Positions 25,468 to 38,747 of a DNA stretch of 64,000 nucleotides are shown here, in pieces. Numbering within the stretch: position 1 is the first letter of the stretch; every line of letters begins with the position of its first letter. Under the pieces are notes generated by a model. It saw only the letters and a list, made by a program, of their open reading frames with translations, was not told the origin of the DNA and did not search any database. The DNA comes from Gekko japonicus (Eukaryota), in contig NW_015174925.1 of the NCBI RefSeq assembly GCF_001447785.1, positions 112,229 to 176,228 of the forward strand, read 5' to 3'. A program made the position numbers and the translations under genes.

Positions 25468-26209
25468 TGTCAAGCCCGTCCTGCGCCCCTGCCGCCACCC
25501 CTCCTGTGTCTGTGGTGGGTCTAAGCAAAGAGGATCTGTTGTTCCTGGGAGCTGAGACTCGTTAAAGAAGAGGGGGAGTGTCGGGGCCTCAGGCAGGGGA
25601 CAGGGTTAACGGCACCCCGTAAGTCCCTCTGCCTCCATGCGTCGGTACCTGGGTTTCTCAGCATCCCCACGGACTATCCTTCTCACTGTCTCCGCCTGGT
25701 TGTTTCGAGCACATTCCTCCTCCCCAGCCCCTTTGCCTTCCCTCTGCTTTATACCCGGCCCTGCTCCCAACACCTTCCGCTGTCCCTGCCTCTTTCCTCA
25801 TCCTCCCAGCCCTGCCCCCTGTGATAAGCTCAAACGCTGTCCCAATGCCCAGGGTGGGGCCGGGACTGTGCTGCCGGCAGTTCTGTCAGCCTAGGGCTGC
25901 ACTGCTAGCGCCAGCATGCAGATTATCCTGCACCCGCACGCCTGTTGTCAGCCTCTCCTTGGAGGTGTCAGCTTCTCCCGCAGCTCCCCAGGGCCCTCTG
26001 CTCTATGCTTAGGCTCGCCTAGATTGCCACGCCTCGCTGGCAGTGCTGGGGGTTGGTGCTGCGTGGCTCTCTCATGGGCTACGACATCCTGGTTAGGCCT
26101 TCTGACTCGGCGTGGGTGCTGCCCAATCCGGGGGTCTTCTGGGTAAGTTGGCGAACGTTGGCACCCCTGAGGGGTGTGGGCTACATCCCGGAGCTGCAGA
26201 ACTGGGACA
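25468..26209 (-). mobile_element. Solo LTR (742 bp)
   Basis: TGTC...GACA termini and 4-bp TSD ACAC; GC-rich; TATAAA on the minus strand at about 25750. Confidence 0.8.
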
Positions 26210-27180
26210 ACACACACTATCTACAAATTGCATGAGATTACTTCTATTCCTTTCTCAACAAACAAGAGAGCTATTTAGAACAGGAGACAAACAACTGGTA
26301 CTATGCAGCTATCAGTTGCCTTCACCCCACTGACTGCCACCAATCTTTTAAAATTACTTAAGGAGCAAAACATGATTTAATTAAGAATTTTATTCCTTAA
26401 AAATAAACCCTGTACATAAAGGGTACAGTGGTAAGTGTTGGGACATTAGTGACCCAATACACATGGACTTTCACACACTAAAAACAAGATGTTTGGTAAC
26501 TGAGCAAAGCAAAAAAACTCTTGTTCCAAGGGGGAATTGTGAGGATGATTTTCAGTTAGTTTTAAAAGCAAAATGGAATGAAGGAATCTAAATTCCAAAG
26601 TTTCACCACATCAAAACAGAGCAAGGGATTACATATATACTTGGCATGGTGCTTACATCACTGTTTCAATGGTTTAGATCGTTGACCTCATGGCAATTAT
26701 CTCATCCCACTGAATGAGAATACGGGCATGCGGTCAGTTTGGGTGCAGTCATGTAAGAGACCCTGTAATGCTGCCAGCTCACCCTAAAATTATCACTTCT
26801 TCGTCACATGATGGGGGCAGGAGGCAGCCTAGAACTGTTGTCAACAAAACTGGGATGCCTCAGCCCTTTCTAAAGGATTTGGCCTCTGAGTTCTATTCAC
26901 CAAAGACTCTACTCACCCCCACTGTGGGTGAGGTGAGGGCACTGGAACCAATGATGTGTGAGCATTGCTAAGTTACCAACATCAGGATCTAACTGTGGAG
27001 TCTACATAGACAACTGACTAAATAACAATGAGCTCATCATGACTTCACTTTAGGATGCTGATTGTCTTCAACCTATGGAGTCTACAAATCTGGTTTCACA
27101 GCCAAAGTAAAGAAACAACCAGGACACCCCCACACCTAACTAATTATCAGGTCTCCCATCTGTGATAGGACCAAGCATTC

Positions 27181-27623
27181 TGTCAGCAAGCTGCCATAAG
27201 ATGCTGTATTCATATTCTGTGTTACTTTGCACCCTGCCCATCCCCCGTGTATTTTCCTGTGTAGGTGTTTACTATCTTTTGCTGCTACATCTGCGGAACT
27301 GCTCAAGGTCAACCAGCTGGAGGTGGGATGGAGTGATGGCATTGCTTGGCTTATTATGTATATCATGCCTGTGAACTGAACTGGTGTTTATGTTACAGAA
27401 CCGTTGTGTTCCCAAGGAATTGGGCGCTCGTTTTATCTGTCTTCCCGCCAGCGGGAAGTGGGCTCATTGGTCCTCACCTGGTTCAAAGTTCCTTTATTAT
27501 GTTCCCTTAGGGGGCTTGTAGTTATTCCTAACAATGCTTGTGTTCTGATCTATCATCGCTTTATAATAAACTCTACTTTGTTCTTCAAACGTGGATTTAT
27601 TTGAATGCATGGGGAATCGGACA
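27181..27623 (+). mobile_element. Solo LTR (443 bp)
   Basis: TGTC...GACA termini, perfect 5-bp TSD CATTC, AATAAA at about 27566. Confidence 0.85.
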
Positions 27624-27875
27624 CATTCTTGGAGTTGTATCATTCCAGCTTAATTTAGAGGGCAGCACTTTAGTTAAGAGCATGAAAGTCCAACTGGTTT
27701 CCTGATGCTCAACTACAATAAACTTTATCCAGCTCATAATTAGTGTTGCAGAGTTTTTAACAGTAGATGTTTTAAATGAAATGTTTCCATTAACTATTTT
27801 CTATTCACAGATGTTAGGGGTTTCACCAACCCCTTCCCAACCAACCATTAATTTCTGATTATCATCAGTTTTAGG

Positions 27876-28506
27876 TATGGGTGTACATTTGGCTATACCC
27901 AAGCTGAAAAAATAGCTGGAAAATACCTTATCAGTATTTTCCAGCTATTCTTTCAGCTGAATATACATTTGAGTACCTTTTCGGCTATCCAAAACAGCAA
28001 AGCCCCCCAAATCACAAAAATATTTGGGATTTTTTTTGGGACCGCCAGACAGATAAAGTTAAAGGGCTTTTAAAGGGCTCTTTAAACACCTTCCAGGTGA
28101 ACTTGTGGCTTGGAGAAGGTGTTTAAAGGGACCGTGATCCCTTTAAACACCTTTCTCCCCTTCATTGGGGGCCCATAGAATTGGACCTCTTGGTCCAATC
28201 TTTTTGAAACTTGGGGGGGGGGGTGTTGAGGAGAGACACCAGCAGCTATGCTGCAAATTTGGTGCCTCTATCTAAAAAAACCCAGCCCCCTCCCCAGCCC
28301 CCCAGTTTGATTCTCCATTATACCCTATGGGGACCATTAGCTATAATGGTCCCCATAGAGTACAATGGAGCCTTAAAAAGTCAGGATTTCTGAAAAATCC
28401 TGAATCCAAATATAATACCAGTATTGGGATTCAGGAATATCAGAAAACACCAATATTTTTCAGGTTCAATTTATACCCCCCCAAAAATTTTTTTTCGCAC
28501 ACCCTA
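27876..28506. mobile_element. Non-autonomous hAT-type DNA element
   Basis: 8-bp TSD GTTTTAGG on both sides; imperfect TIR TATGGGTGTAC / GCACACCCTA; internal inverted TTTAAACACCTT blocks. Confidence 0.75.
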
Positions 28507-28891
28507 GTTTTAGGAGCACCTGGGAAATAAACCTGGGAAAGTGTAAGGCCAGCTGGGATGAATGGCAGCCTTCAACGTCTGTGTCTTCTCACTTGGACAC
28601 AAATCAGGTTTCCATAATGATGAAACTACACAGCAAAGAGCTGACACAGTCCTAGTAAAGGTACATCAACTAGCCTGCTAACAAAGAGTCTCACTGCAAC
28701 AGGAAGAAAAACTTAAAGGCATGTTTAGTCACTCATTTCCCATTACCCCCACCACCACCCTCTGCATGTAACCTGGTACTTCCCTTTGTCATGACAAAAG
28801 TATGCTTGATACATGGATAGCTGGACACAGCTCTGTCATTCAATCCTCTCAAAATCTTGCACAAGCTAAGGCAGCAAATGGAATGAGTAAC

Positions 28892-29338
28892 ATGCAGTGC
28901 AACCCTAAGCAGAATTATTAGCTTCTAAGGCCCACTGACTTAAATAAGACTTAGAAGGGTGCAAATTTTGTGGCCGTTGTTTTAGTTTTTCACTAAGAGT
29001 AATTAAAAGGCATAAAATAATATAGTTAAGATACATGAGAAACAGCTTGGGATACATTTAAAAAATCTCTTTATTAATTATGTATTATTTGGGCACGAGT
29101 TCAAGGAGAAGGAATAAAATAGTTTCTTAAGCTACCACTGGTAATGACGAAGGAAATTCTTTTTGTTCTTAACACTTATAATGTAAGCAGACATTGCCAG
29201 TGGTATGGTGTATTAGAGAATGTATTAATTTGTATAGCACTTTAAAATGTATGATTTGTGTTGCAATCATGTTATTTGGAAAATAATAAAATATTAAAAA
29301 AAAAGAAGGGTGCAACTCTGCTCAGGATTGCACTGTTA
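28892..29338. mobile_element. About 90-bp palindromic MITE-like repeat split by an L1-type 3'-end insertion (about 28964-29303, +)
   Basis: CAGTGCAACCCTAAGCAGA...TCTGCTCAGGATTGCACTG arms. The insert ends in AATAATAAA and an A-run and is flanked by the TSD AGAAGGGTGCAA. Confidence 0.7.
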
Positions 29339-29827
29339 AAGCACTTAAAAAAAATAAGAGGCTATGATTCAGCCTTTATATATGGAAGCAGTGTAGTGCA
29401 CATGCTGCATACCAATGCAACAGCCCCATTGCTAAATCAGCCCAGAGGGAGAATGAGGCTCATAGGGCTTCCAATTGTCGACTCATGTTCTCTGTAGGCA
29501 CAGTCCTTATAGGCTGCATATAGGAATGGATTACAGATGCATGTAGAATGTCTGTACTTTGCCCACTGTGTGCCTAAACACGGGGTGGATTATGCTTGCA
29601 CGCATTCCCCATCCACTACAGTGACAACTGCACCAACTACACTACACTTTGAAAAATATTTGTATTGTCTGTACATGGTCTACAAGGTTAGTGCTCAGAA
29701 GGTCACTAATTATGTAGAGCGACAATTCAAAAGGCTCTGATACAAGATCCAATAAGTTTCTCCCCTTGATTGGCACTGGGGGCAGCAAGAAACTTCCTCC
29801 ACTCAGCAGCAGCACCAGCAGCAAAAT

Positions 29828-30081
29828 AAGAAGGTGTGATCTATATTCCGCCCTTCACGCAGAGTCTCAGAGTGGCTTACAATCTCCTTTCCTTCCTCTT
29901 CCCACAACAGACACCCTGGGAGGTAGGTGGGGCTGAGAGAGCTCTGAAAGAACTGCTCTTGAGTGAACAGCTCTGAGAGAACTGTGACTGACCCAAGGTC
30001 ACCCAGCTGGCTGCATGTGGGGAATCAAACCCGGTTCTCCAGATCAGACTCCACTGCTCTTAACCATTACACCAAACTGGC
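29828..30081 (-). mobile_element. Squam3-like SINE
   Basis: Antisense body and head. Confidence 0.88.
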
Positions 30082-31217
30082 AGGAAAACTCACTAAACAT
30101 CTGAAAATAATCGTTCAACCTAACCCCTCTCACAGAGTAGTGGTGATAACAGAAGAAACCATACACACATTGAGTTCCACGGAGAAAGGAGGGCATGAAA
30201 AAGGCCACAAGATTATTTTAAAAGCAAGATTTCAAGTTGCAGAGAACTCTTCTGCCTAAATAAGAGCTCTGTGTAAGTGAATAGCCTACCCCCACAGCCA
30301 GTTCAGTACAAAAGACATCACCTGAACTATTTTATTTTATCTCAATTGAGTAAGGACGTCACACGGGGCTTCTGGCACTGCATGAAGCTGTGACTTACTG
30401 TTTCCAAATTGTAAAAAGGCTGAAAGCAATCAACAAGTGGAAAGAAATCTGTTGTTTTTCCTGATCTCCAGCAGTTCTCTTGACTCATATCAATATGATC
30501 ACTGTACTATTGAAGCTGACAGGTATTAGCAAGAAAATGAGACTATGGAAAGCCATTGGATCGTGCCTGATTTGATATGCCTTTTCTTCTGTTGGGTGGG
30601 AAAGCACAGTGTAGTGCTGCTCAGCATTGTTCGACAGCAAGCCACCCATCTGAAAACAATTTCAAAAAGAATACCTGCCCTTTGTTTTCCACATTAGGAA
30701 ATAATGGTACAGATTTCCATGCCACAGCTTCCTACCTTTATTCCAGGCAACTATAAATATTCACTGTAAACAAGAAGTGGGCAAAATTTAGTAATGATTA
30801 TTCAGGGAAGCCCCACTCCAGCCCTCTCATCAATTTAAAAACTTTTCCTGTTGCCTTGAATCATGATACAGAAAAAAAGTGTAAAAGATTTCAGCAGCAG
30901 GAAAAAACAAAAATAAAACAGGAGTCTTCCTTTGCCAGCATTGCATATGCAGAATTCGCTCTTCCCTTCTCTGCACCCAAAATACTTTTGCATATCCTGC
31001 CCACAGTGTGGGAACTCTCCCGCAGCTGCAACTCTGCTACCTCCAGGACCTCACTCACAGTACTGAGTTTTGACAATTGACATCACCCTAAAAGGCATAC
31101 AAGGTAGCAGAAAGTACAGATGCACAGCAGCTTTTCATTGACACCTGAATGTTCAGGCACCTTCTAGAGTACACACTGAGGATCTTTACACAATTTTTAT
31201 TTTCCATTCTGCAGGGG

Positions 31218-31601
31218 AAGGGTTGGCAGGTCCTCTTCGCTCCGCAGCGGGGGGTGGGAGGGATGGGGGTCAGAGGGAGGGATGGGGCAACGTCACCATG
31301 TGTGCTGTCCCCAGCGTGATGACGTCACGTGGAAGTGATGTCATCACGCTGGGGATGCTGCACAACAATGCTCTAGTATTTTGGCCAAACTCTATGGTTA
31401 CATAGAGTTTTGCCCAAAATACTAGACCGTCACCACGTGGCATCCCCAGCATGATGACGTCACTTCCACATGGCATCATCACACTGGGGATATTGTGGTA
31501 GGTGTTGGGGAGGGGCTTCGCCCAGGCCAGCTGCTCGCTGGCAGATTAGAGCCCACCAAATTGGAAGATCCCTCACTCCCACCTGGGGGCTAGCCACCCT
31601 A
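31218..31601. mobile_element. hAT palindromic MITE
   Basis: TIRs AAGGGTTGGCA / TAGCCACCCTA; perfect 8-bp TSD TGCAGGGG; long internal inverted repeat centred near 31400. Confidence 0.88.
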
Positions 31602-33311
31602 TGCAGGGGTTTCCTCCTTGGAACACCTCTGATTTTTTTTGTCCCAGTCACCTCTCACCTCTGCCTCTAATACTGCAATCCTGTGCAGAGTGGCTCCAGT
31701 TTAAGCTCATTGAACAGCCTTGACCTAAAGCAAATTTGCATAGGACCGCAGCGCTGTCAGCCTCCTGCCTCCAAATGTGCCCTTGGCAATGGATTTCAGT
31801 TGTACATCTAGAAGGGGCCATGCTCATTTGGATCTGCATGGGACTAGAAATTCCAGCCTGACAGCCTTTTATTTCCTTTCCCCTCACTTGCTCAGAGTCC
31901 CATCATCTCCATTGCTAGCTCTCGTCAGCGCCATTTTTAAAGCCTTAACTGAAAGTGACAGCTAGCAGGGAAATAACGGGAGAATCAACTTCCTTCTGTT
32001 TGCATTACCCTCCTGAATTCTCTCAAGGAGCAAAATACCTCCAGGGACACAGCTAAATGGTTTTTCAACTGGGAAAATAAATAGGGGGGCAAACTCAACT
32101 CAAGAGAAAGCAAATAGATCCAACCCTTCTCTTGATAGGCCTAACTGGAGTTCCTTCCTTTCCCGCAAAAGCAGAACAGGTTGTAAATGCAACAATTCAT
32201 ATTTATTTATTTATTTCTTATATTTATACCCTGCCCATCCTGCGAGCAGGCTCAGGGCGGCTAACAAAGCGGTACAATGTACCTAATTGGCATACCCATA
32301 AAAGTCTTAAAACTATATAAAACCACATAAAACATACTCATTCAAAACATAAATTAACAATTAACAGTAAAGTGCATACAGTACTGAAGATTAGATGGCG
32401 TGCTTCCAGATCTCAATCCGCGTTATTCATCTAATCATCATCCCTCGTGCCGATGAGCTTAGCGATATATCTGGGCCAGGCCTAGGATCCAAACATTCAC
32501 TAGGATCATTGGTGGTAACAGCAGTGGCGGCTCCTATTGAAAGGCCTGGCGGAAGAGCTCCGTCTTACAGGCCCTGCAGAATTGTAGAAGGTCCCACAGG
32601 GCCCTGATCTCCTCTGGGAGCTCGTTCCACCAGTAAGGAGCCGCCACAGAAAAGGCTCTGGTCCTGGTACTGGTGAGCCTTGCATCCTTGGGGCCCGGAA
32701 TAGTCAATTGATGTTGGGCCCCAGGCCGTAGTGCTCTCTGGGGTATATATGGGGAAAGGCGGTCCCTCAGGTAGGTCGGTCCCTGGTCATGTAGGGCTTT
32801 AAAGGTAAGCACCAGCACCTTGAAATGAATCCGGTATGCTATAGGCAGCCAGTGCAGTAACCTAAGCGCTGGCTGGATGTGCTCCCACCGTGGGAGGTCC
32901 ATCAACAGCCTGGCCGCGGTGCTTTGCACTAGCTGCAGCTTCTGAATTTGAGACAAGGGCAGCCCCATGTAGAGAGCATTGCAGTAGTCAAGTCGCGAGG
33001 TGACCATCGCATGGATCACCATCGCCAGGTCATGCCGGTCAAGGAAGGGAACCAACTACCGAACCAGACGAAGATGATAAAAGGCCGATTTAGCAGTGGC
33101 CGCTACCTGGGGCTCCATTGTCAGGGAGGCATCCAAAAAAAAGATCTGGAATCCGACTGGCCACCCAACATCAGATAGAGCTGGGTGTCATCAGCGTACT
33201 GATGGCAACCCAACCCATACCTCTGAGCCACCTGGGCGAGGGGGCACATAAAGATATTAAACAACATCGGGGACAGTACTGCGCCCTGGGGTACGCCACA
33301 CTCAAGAGGGC

Positions 33312-34452
33312 CGCAGGATTTAAACGACCTCATGACCTAATAGACAAAGGGGCAATGCGAGACAAACTTTATTTTGATCAGAAAATAGGGAAACAGATAC
33401 CCTGGTTTCAATATTTACAGTTAAAAAGCCTCATCGATCATCTCACTGACTTAGGCACATTCCGGAGAGAACTGACGAGCTTGGAGAAAATCATTAAACT
33501 GTATCCCATGCATCCAAAAGGCACGCTATCAAAAATATATAATGCGATCATTTTGGAAGAAGGCCATCCGAAGCTCAAATATCAACTTCAATGGGATGAA
33601 GATCTGTCAGTTTGTTGGAACGATGCAGATTGGGGTAGTGTGTGGTCCTCCCCAGCCAATCAATCTAACATCTTCAATATTCGGCTACAATTTTTTAAAC
33701 TTTACTCCAGATGGTATTTTACCCCGCACAAATTACGGAAAATAAACCGAAATAATGATCCGCGCTGTTGGAAGGGGTGTGGGAAGATTGGTACCTGCCT
33801 ACATTGTTGGTGGGAATGTCCTAAACTCAGCAAATTCTGGGAAGAGATCCGAAAAGTGATCACGAAAATAACCTCACTTAATCTCAATTTCAAACCTGAA
33901 GTATTTCTACTAAACCACTGGAATTCCGACATAGATGCAAGAAATAAGGAAATACTTGCTTTACTCCTTGCAACAGCACGCCTGACTATAGCTTCGTGTT
34001 GGAAATCTCCGTCACCTCCAACGTAAACTGCCTGGTATGAAAAAGTGTGGGAGCAATTCGTGATGGCAAAGATCACTGATAAGATACATAGAGCCCAAAC
34101 CTCACAGTCTTCCTATTCCAAATTTGAATCTACCTGGTTCCCAATTTTTTCTTATCTTACTACATGTGATATTACCTACTAACATTCATTTTCATAAGTG
34201 GGTCTTGATGTGAACATTATTATTATGCTCGATGGGTGAAGTCCTCATTCCTTTATTTATACAGTCTAATGACCTGGAGTATTATAGAGGATCTCTCTGT
34301 GGGAATGTTGAGTTATTTCTGATGTAGTCTGTTTATGTCACTGGAGTGCATCTGTTTGTTTATGTATTTTTACGGTTAGTAACTATTTGGCAAAAGTTAT
34401 TTTGAAAAATAATAATAAAAATATATTATTTTTAAAAACATACGTAAAAAAA
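33312..34452 (+). mobile_element. 5'-truncated L1-clade LINE (ORF2 C-terminus with CCHC zinc knuckle, 3' UTR, poly-A)
   Basis: WFQYLQL...SKIY...RWYFTP...CWKGCGKIGTCLHCWWECPKLSKFW; A-tail; TSD AAGAGGGC (33304-33311, 34453-34460). Removing the insert restores the L2 reading GEQQSGRRPLECGVPQG. Confidence 0.92.
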
Positions 34453-34805
34453 AAGAGGGCGTCTCCCGGACTGCTGTTCCCCAAGCACCACCCTTTGTTC
34501 CCGACCTTGGAGAAACGAGCANNNNNNNNNNNNNNNNNNNNNNNNNNNNNNNNNNNNNNNNNNNNNNNNNNNNNNNNNNNNNNNNNNNNNNNNNNNNNNN
34601 NNNNNNNNNNNNNNNNNNNNNNNNNNNNNNNNNNNNNNNNNNNNNNNNNNNNNNNNNNNNNNNNNNNNNNNNNNNNNNNNNNNNNNNNNNNNNNNNNNNN
34701 NNNNNNNNNNNNNNNNNNNNNNNNNNNNNNNNNNNNNNNNNNNNNNNNNNNNNNNNNNNNNNNNNNNNNNNNNNNNNNNNNNNNNNNNNNNNNNNNNNNN
34801 NNNNN

Positions 34806-35132
34806 GCCTTGGCTCCGTCCAATAGGCTCTGCCGCGACGGGAGATGATGTCATCCACACCTTCTGCTGCTCGCGCCGGCCGCTTTCTGTTGGAACGCCGC
34901 AGGCCACCAGAGATCGCTCCACTGGCTCTCGATGTTCCGCCGCGCCACCTCGTCTCTGCCGCCAGGATCCGCCGTCACTGCCGCCGTCGCCACCATTGTT
35001 GTTGTTCCTTCGCTGCTGCCGCCACCGCACACCACACTCCTCGGACGAGGGGGGTGCCCCTACCCTACTAAGGGTAGGTTCCCATTCATCTACTCGCCCT
35101 TTAACGGGCTTTTGAACCGCTGGGTGGGCGGG
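34806..35132 (-). mobile_element. Second copy of the composite Sauria-head/CpG-body element (5'-truncated; 3' part lost in gap 34522-34805)
   Basis: Reverse complement CCCAGCGGTTCAAAAGC...GAGTAGATGAATGGGAACCTACCCTTAGTAGGGTAGGGGCACCC aligns with 5507-5590. Confidence 0.75.
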
Positions 35133-36840
35133 ATCTGTCAACTTCCTCAAGACTGAGCAGGTCAAAATGATCCAAAACCGACACAGACGTGCAAGGGGCC
35201 TCGAGTTCACTCACTGTTTCAAGCGTGGCGGGGAGGTCACAGCGAAGTGTCAAGACTTTATCCACAAAATAGCTCGCAAAGACCTCACAGCCAATCTCCA
35301 ATTCCCTCTCTTTTGGGCTGCCCTGAGGCAGAACTGTTATAGATCGACTTGTTCTAAATAATTGGACTAGGCGTGAGCTAGCGGACGCAATCTCCTCTGC
35401 AAAGAACGTCCTCTTTGCAGCCTTGACTGCCATCTCATAGGATCTCATAAACGTCCTATAGGATGCTCTTGTGGCTCCGTCGTGAACTCGTCGCCACCGT
35501 CTCTCCAACCGTCTTAACTCCCGCTTCACACTCCTCAGCTCCTGAGTATACCATGGAGCGAGTTTGGCACTGGAGCACAGAGGGCGCCGGGGAGCGATCT
35601 CGTCGATGGCAGTAGAGAGTCGGCTACACCAATCCTCAACCAACTCATCTAATGAGCCGCCGGGGGGCATTGGATCCTGCAGAACCCTCTGAAGCCGCAA
35701 TGGGTCCATTAGGCTATGCGGGCAAGCTAAAATGCGCTCGCCGCCTAAACAGGGTCAGGGTGGAACATTCAGACAGGTCTTCAGGGCATGGTGGTCCGAC
35801 CATGGTACTGCCAAGGCAGTAATCCGGTCCACTGTAACCCCAGCCGCAAAGACCAAATCGAGCGTGTGACCGGCCCGGTGAGTGGGAGTCGTTATAAATT
35901 GGGAGAGTCCCAGTGCTGCCATGGCCGACACCAGGTCCGCAGCCTGTTTGGAGGTCGTGTCATCAGCATGGGCATTGAAGTCACCCAAGACTATTAGCCT
36001 AGGGTGCTCCAGCGCCCAGCCTGATACGGCCTCCAACAGGGACGGTAAGCTATTGGCTGGCATGTTAGGCGGTCGGTACACTAGCCAAATCGCCACACTC
36101 TCCCCGGCTTCCCATACTAGGCCGACACACTCCATGCCCGAGATCACGACTTCAGCATGGAGAGTTACGACCAAGCTGCAAGGGATGCAAGCCACTGGTG
36201 GTTTGCTTCTGCTAACTGCCCCTCTTATAATGTTTCCACCTCAAACCATTTTGCAGTTTTATCAACCATCTCTGAGGCCTCCCAGAATAATACTCTGCTT
36301 GTAGATCAATGTAGAGACTCAGCCCCCTTTATTACAGGAAGATGCAGAAAATGCCACATTTGTTGACAACACACCAAGAGATCTTTCTTTCCTAACTGCT
36401 AAAACAGTGGGAAGTATTTTTGAACAGCCTCATAAGGTTTGTCTGAACATCCAACAATTTAATAGATATACCCCTTTTTGGAATGATAAATTCCATGCTG
36501 AGCAGCACCTGAGAAATTTGTTTTCCCACTGAATTAGGTCTTCTGAGTTGAAATCAGTTGAGCTCCTTAATCGTTCTTGCCAGGCTCATAGAGTATCAGC
36601 CGTCCCCTTATTATTAATCCAATGGAAAGACTTCCTAAATTCAAAGGGAATTTTCCCAACACGGGTTTTTATGAATGCAAAACAATCTCCTCTTTTTAAC
36701 TGGAAACTCCATGCCACTTCAATGTTACAACAGAAGACAAGCACCTGAAGGGAGGACCAGCTAGCATTTCACACCATGAGCTAATTGGTCAGGATGACGC
36801 TCCTGTTTGCCTGGAGACCAATGCTGAAAACAACATAGTG

Positions 36841-36910
36841 CAGGGGCATCAAACTTATGGCCCGCGGGCCAGATCCGGCCCCTGCAGGACTCTTATCCAG
36901 CCTGTGAGCA
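36841..36910. mobile_element. hAT-Charlie-type terminal fragment
   Basis: CAGGGGCATCAAACTTATGGCCCGCGGGCCAGATCCGGCCC is a typical Charlie-family end. Confidence 0.6.
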
Positions 36911-37089
36911 AGTGGCTGTCTGCTGCTTCCTGTTCCTGTTTCCTTCATCACAGCTGCTTTTGGCCAGTCTCTCCTATTTCCTGCTTTGCAGAGGAGATAA
37001 AGAAATCCAGGCCTCCCTTCCCTTGACTGGCTAAAGGCTCCTCCCTCTCCCCCTGTGGGGGGGGGAAAGGAAAGAGGGAGGGGGAATGG

Positions 37090-37343
37090 AGTCTCGTGGC
37101 TCTTTTATGACTAACAACCTTTTATTCCAGGTATAAGTTTGTGTGTGTGTGCAGACTTCTTCAGAGAGAGAGAGAGCGCCACGGCATTTGGAGAGATTTC
37201 CTTTTCCATTTCTAACAGATGGGGGGTGAGAAACCTAAGAGCACAGCTTGCATTCTTTATTACTGGCAACAAGAGTCCAGTAGCACCTTAACAACTAACA
37301 AAATTTGTGGCCGGGCATGAGCTTTTATGAGTCACTGCTCACT
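37090..37343 (-). mobile_element. Penelope pseudo-LTR remnants; the second is split by the element at 37344-40550
   Basis: GACTAACAACCTTTATTCCAGGTATAAG...ACTTCTTCAGA, and GAGTCCAGTAGCACCTTAACAACTAACAAAATTTG...TGAGCTTTTATGAGTCACTGCTCACT. Confidence 0.7.
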
Positions 37344-38747
37344 ACTTCTTCTTCTTCTTTTTTTTAAATATATTTTTATTGAGTTTTGCCATTATACATC
37401 TAAATTTTACATATATACATAGTAGGTAACAAAAAATACACCCAAAATTTCTAAATATCACTTTCTTTCCCAACAACACAGAAAAGTCTTACCCTTTGGT
37501 TAGCTTACAAGTAAGAAGAAAAAAGAGAAAAAATATTCTCTTATGTTTATTTAAACTCCTATCCTATCTGGATTAGAGAATATTTCAATTATCTTTAACC
37601 TTTTTTTTTTAAATCTTCAAATCCTACTAGTGTTGTATAACCTTATTCTAGCTTCTCAAGCCATTTACCTTCTTTATTCAACTCCCAACCTCCCTCTTGC
37701 ATCCTGTTGGTTTAGTTTTTTATTTTTTATTTTATTGTACCTAAATAAATGCATAGAAACACCATAGCAAGAAGCACCTAATTTTTCCCATTTTCCTACT
37801 TTCCATATATCCTTCTTTTAGCAATACACATCTGTTTCTTAATACAAAAACAGACCTTCTAACATCTCTTCACAGCCTTTCCTTTTACATCACCCTCCTT
37901 TATTTTTTACTTTTCTTTTAAACATTTTCCTACAGTGGCTTGTCCATCTTTTAGTATATGACTGTAAGTTCTTTGGACTAGTAACTCTCTCTTACAGGTC
38001 CAGCTCGAGGCCTTACATTCCTTCAGTTCTCTTTAAATTATTACTGCATTCATTATCTTATTAATACCCCAATTAATTGGTTTACAACCTACTTATTCAA
38101 AATACATCCAATTTCAATAACTATTACTTAGCATTTGTACCATTTAATTTACCCCTTACAAATTTATAATTTAATCGCCACACTCATTCTTCCAAGCATA
38201 CAAAATTCATCTTTCCACCTTCCATTTCTACCTCCTCCTAATTAATTATCCATCACCTCACATTCCAAATACTTTACTAGTTACTCCCAATTCTCATTTA
38301 TGTCTCAATTAATTAATTTTCCCCTACCAATCAACCCTTTCATTCATACTTCTACCAAGTTCATTAATTGCCCCAAACATTCACATCACATTATATAAAT
38401 TTCTTTTCCCCTTTAATAAATTGACATTTTGGTGTTCATTCTCATTCTTGTAATCATATTATCCACCATATGCATAACTTTAACCCTATAACGTCATTAC
38501 AAATGAAAATATAGATTTACAGTATTTTTCAAGAGCTTTTTTCCAAACACACCCACATTCCCCGTCTTAAACACTCATTCTTCCAATCAAACCCTATAAA
38601 TTTACTAGGAAAGCAAATAGCAATACTAGTAAGTAACTCTAACTACCACCACTGCCAAAGAAAATTCACTTTTAAAATAATTATGTTGGGTCTTTTTCCA
38701 AATAATCCTGCATCTAACAAACACCAAACTTTATGGTTTTGTACAAT

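Larger units (their letters stand above)
32200..36160 (-). mobile_element. L2-clade LINE (APE, RT, 3' tail), decayed, interrupted by an L1 fragment, a gap and a composite SINE
   Basis: APE motifs LVYRPP...LIVLGDFNAH...GHTLDLVF...WSDH (35755-36195); RT motifs CGVPQGAVLSPMLFNI...YADDTQLY (33121-33333); C-terminal IHAMVTSRLDYCN...LHWLP (32534-33055); (TTTA)n tail. Confidence 0.92.

Noticed and set aside
33118-34026. 302-aa ORF as a cellular gene
   Set aside because: The N-terminal part is antisense L2 and the rest is L1 ORF2 C-terminus, joined at an insertion junction.
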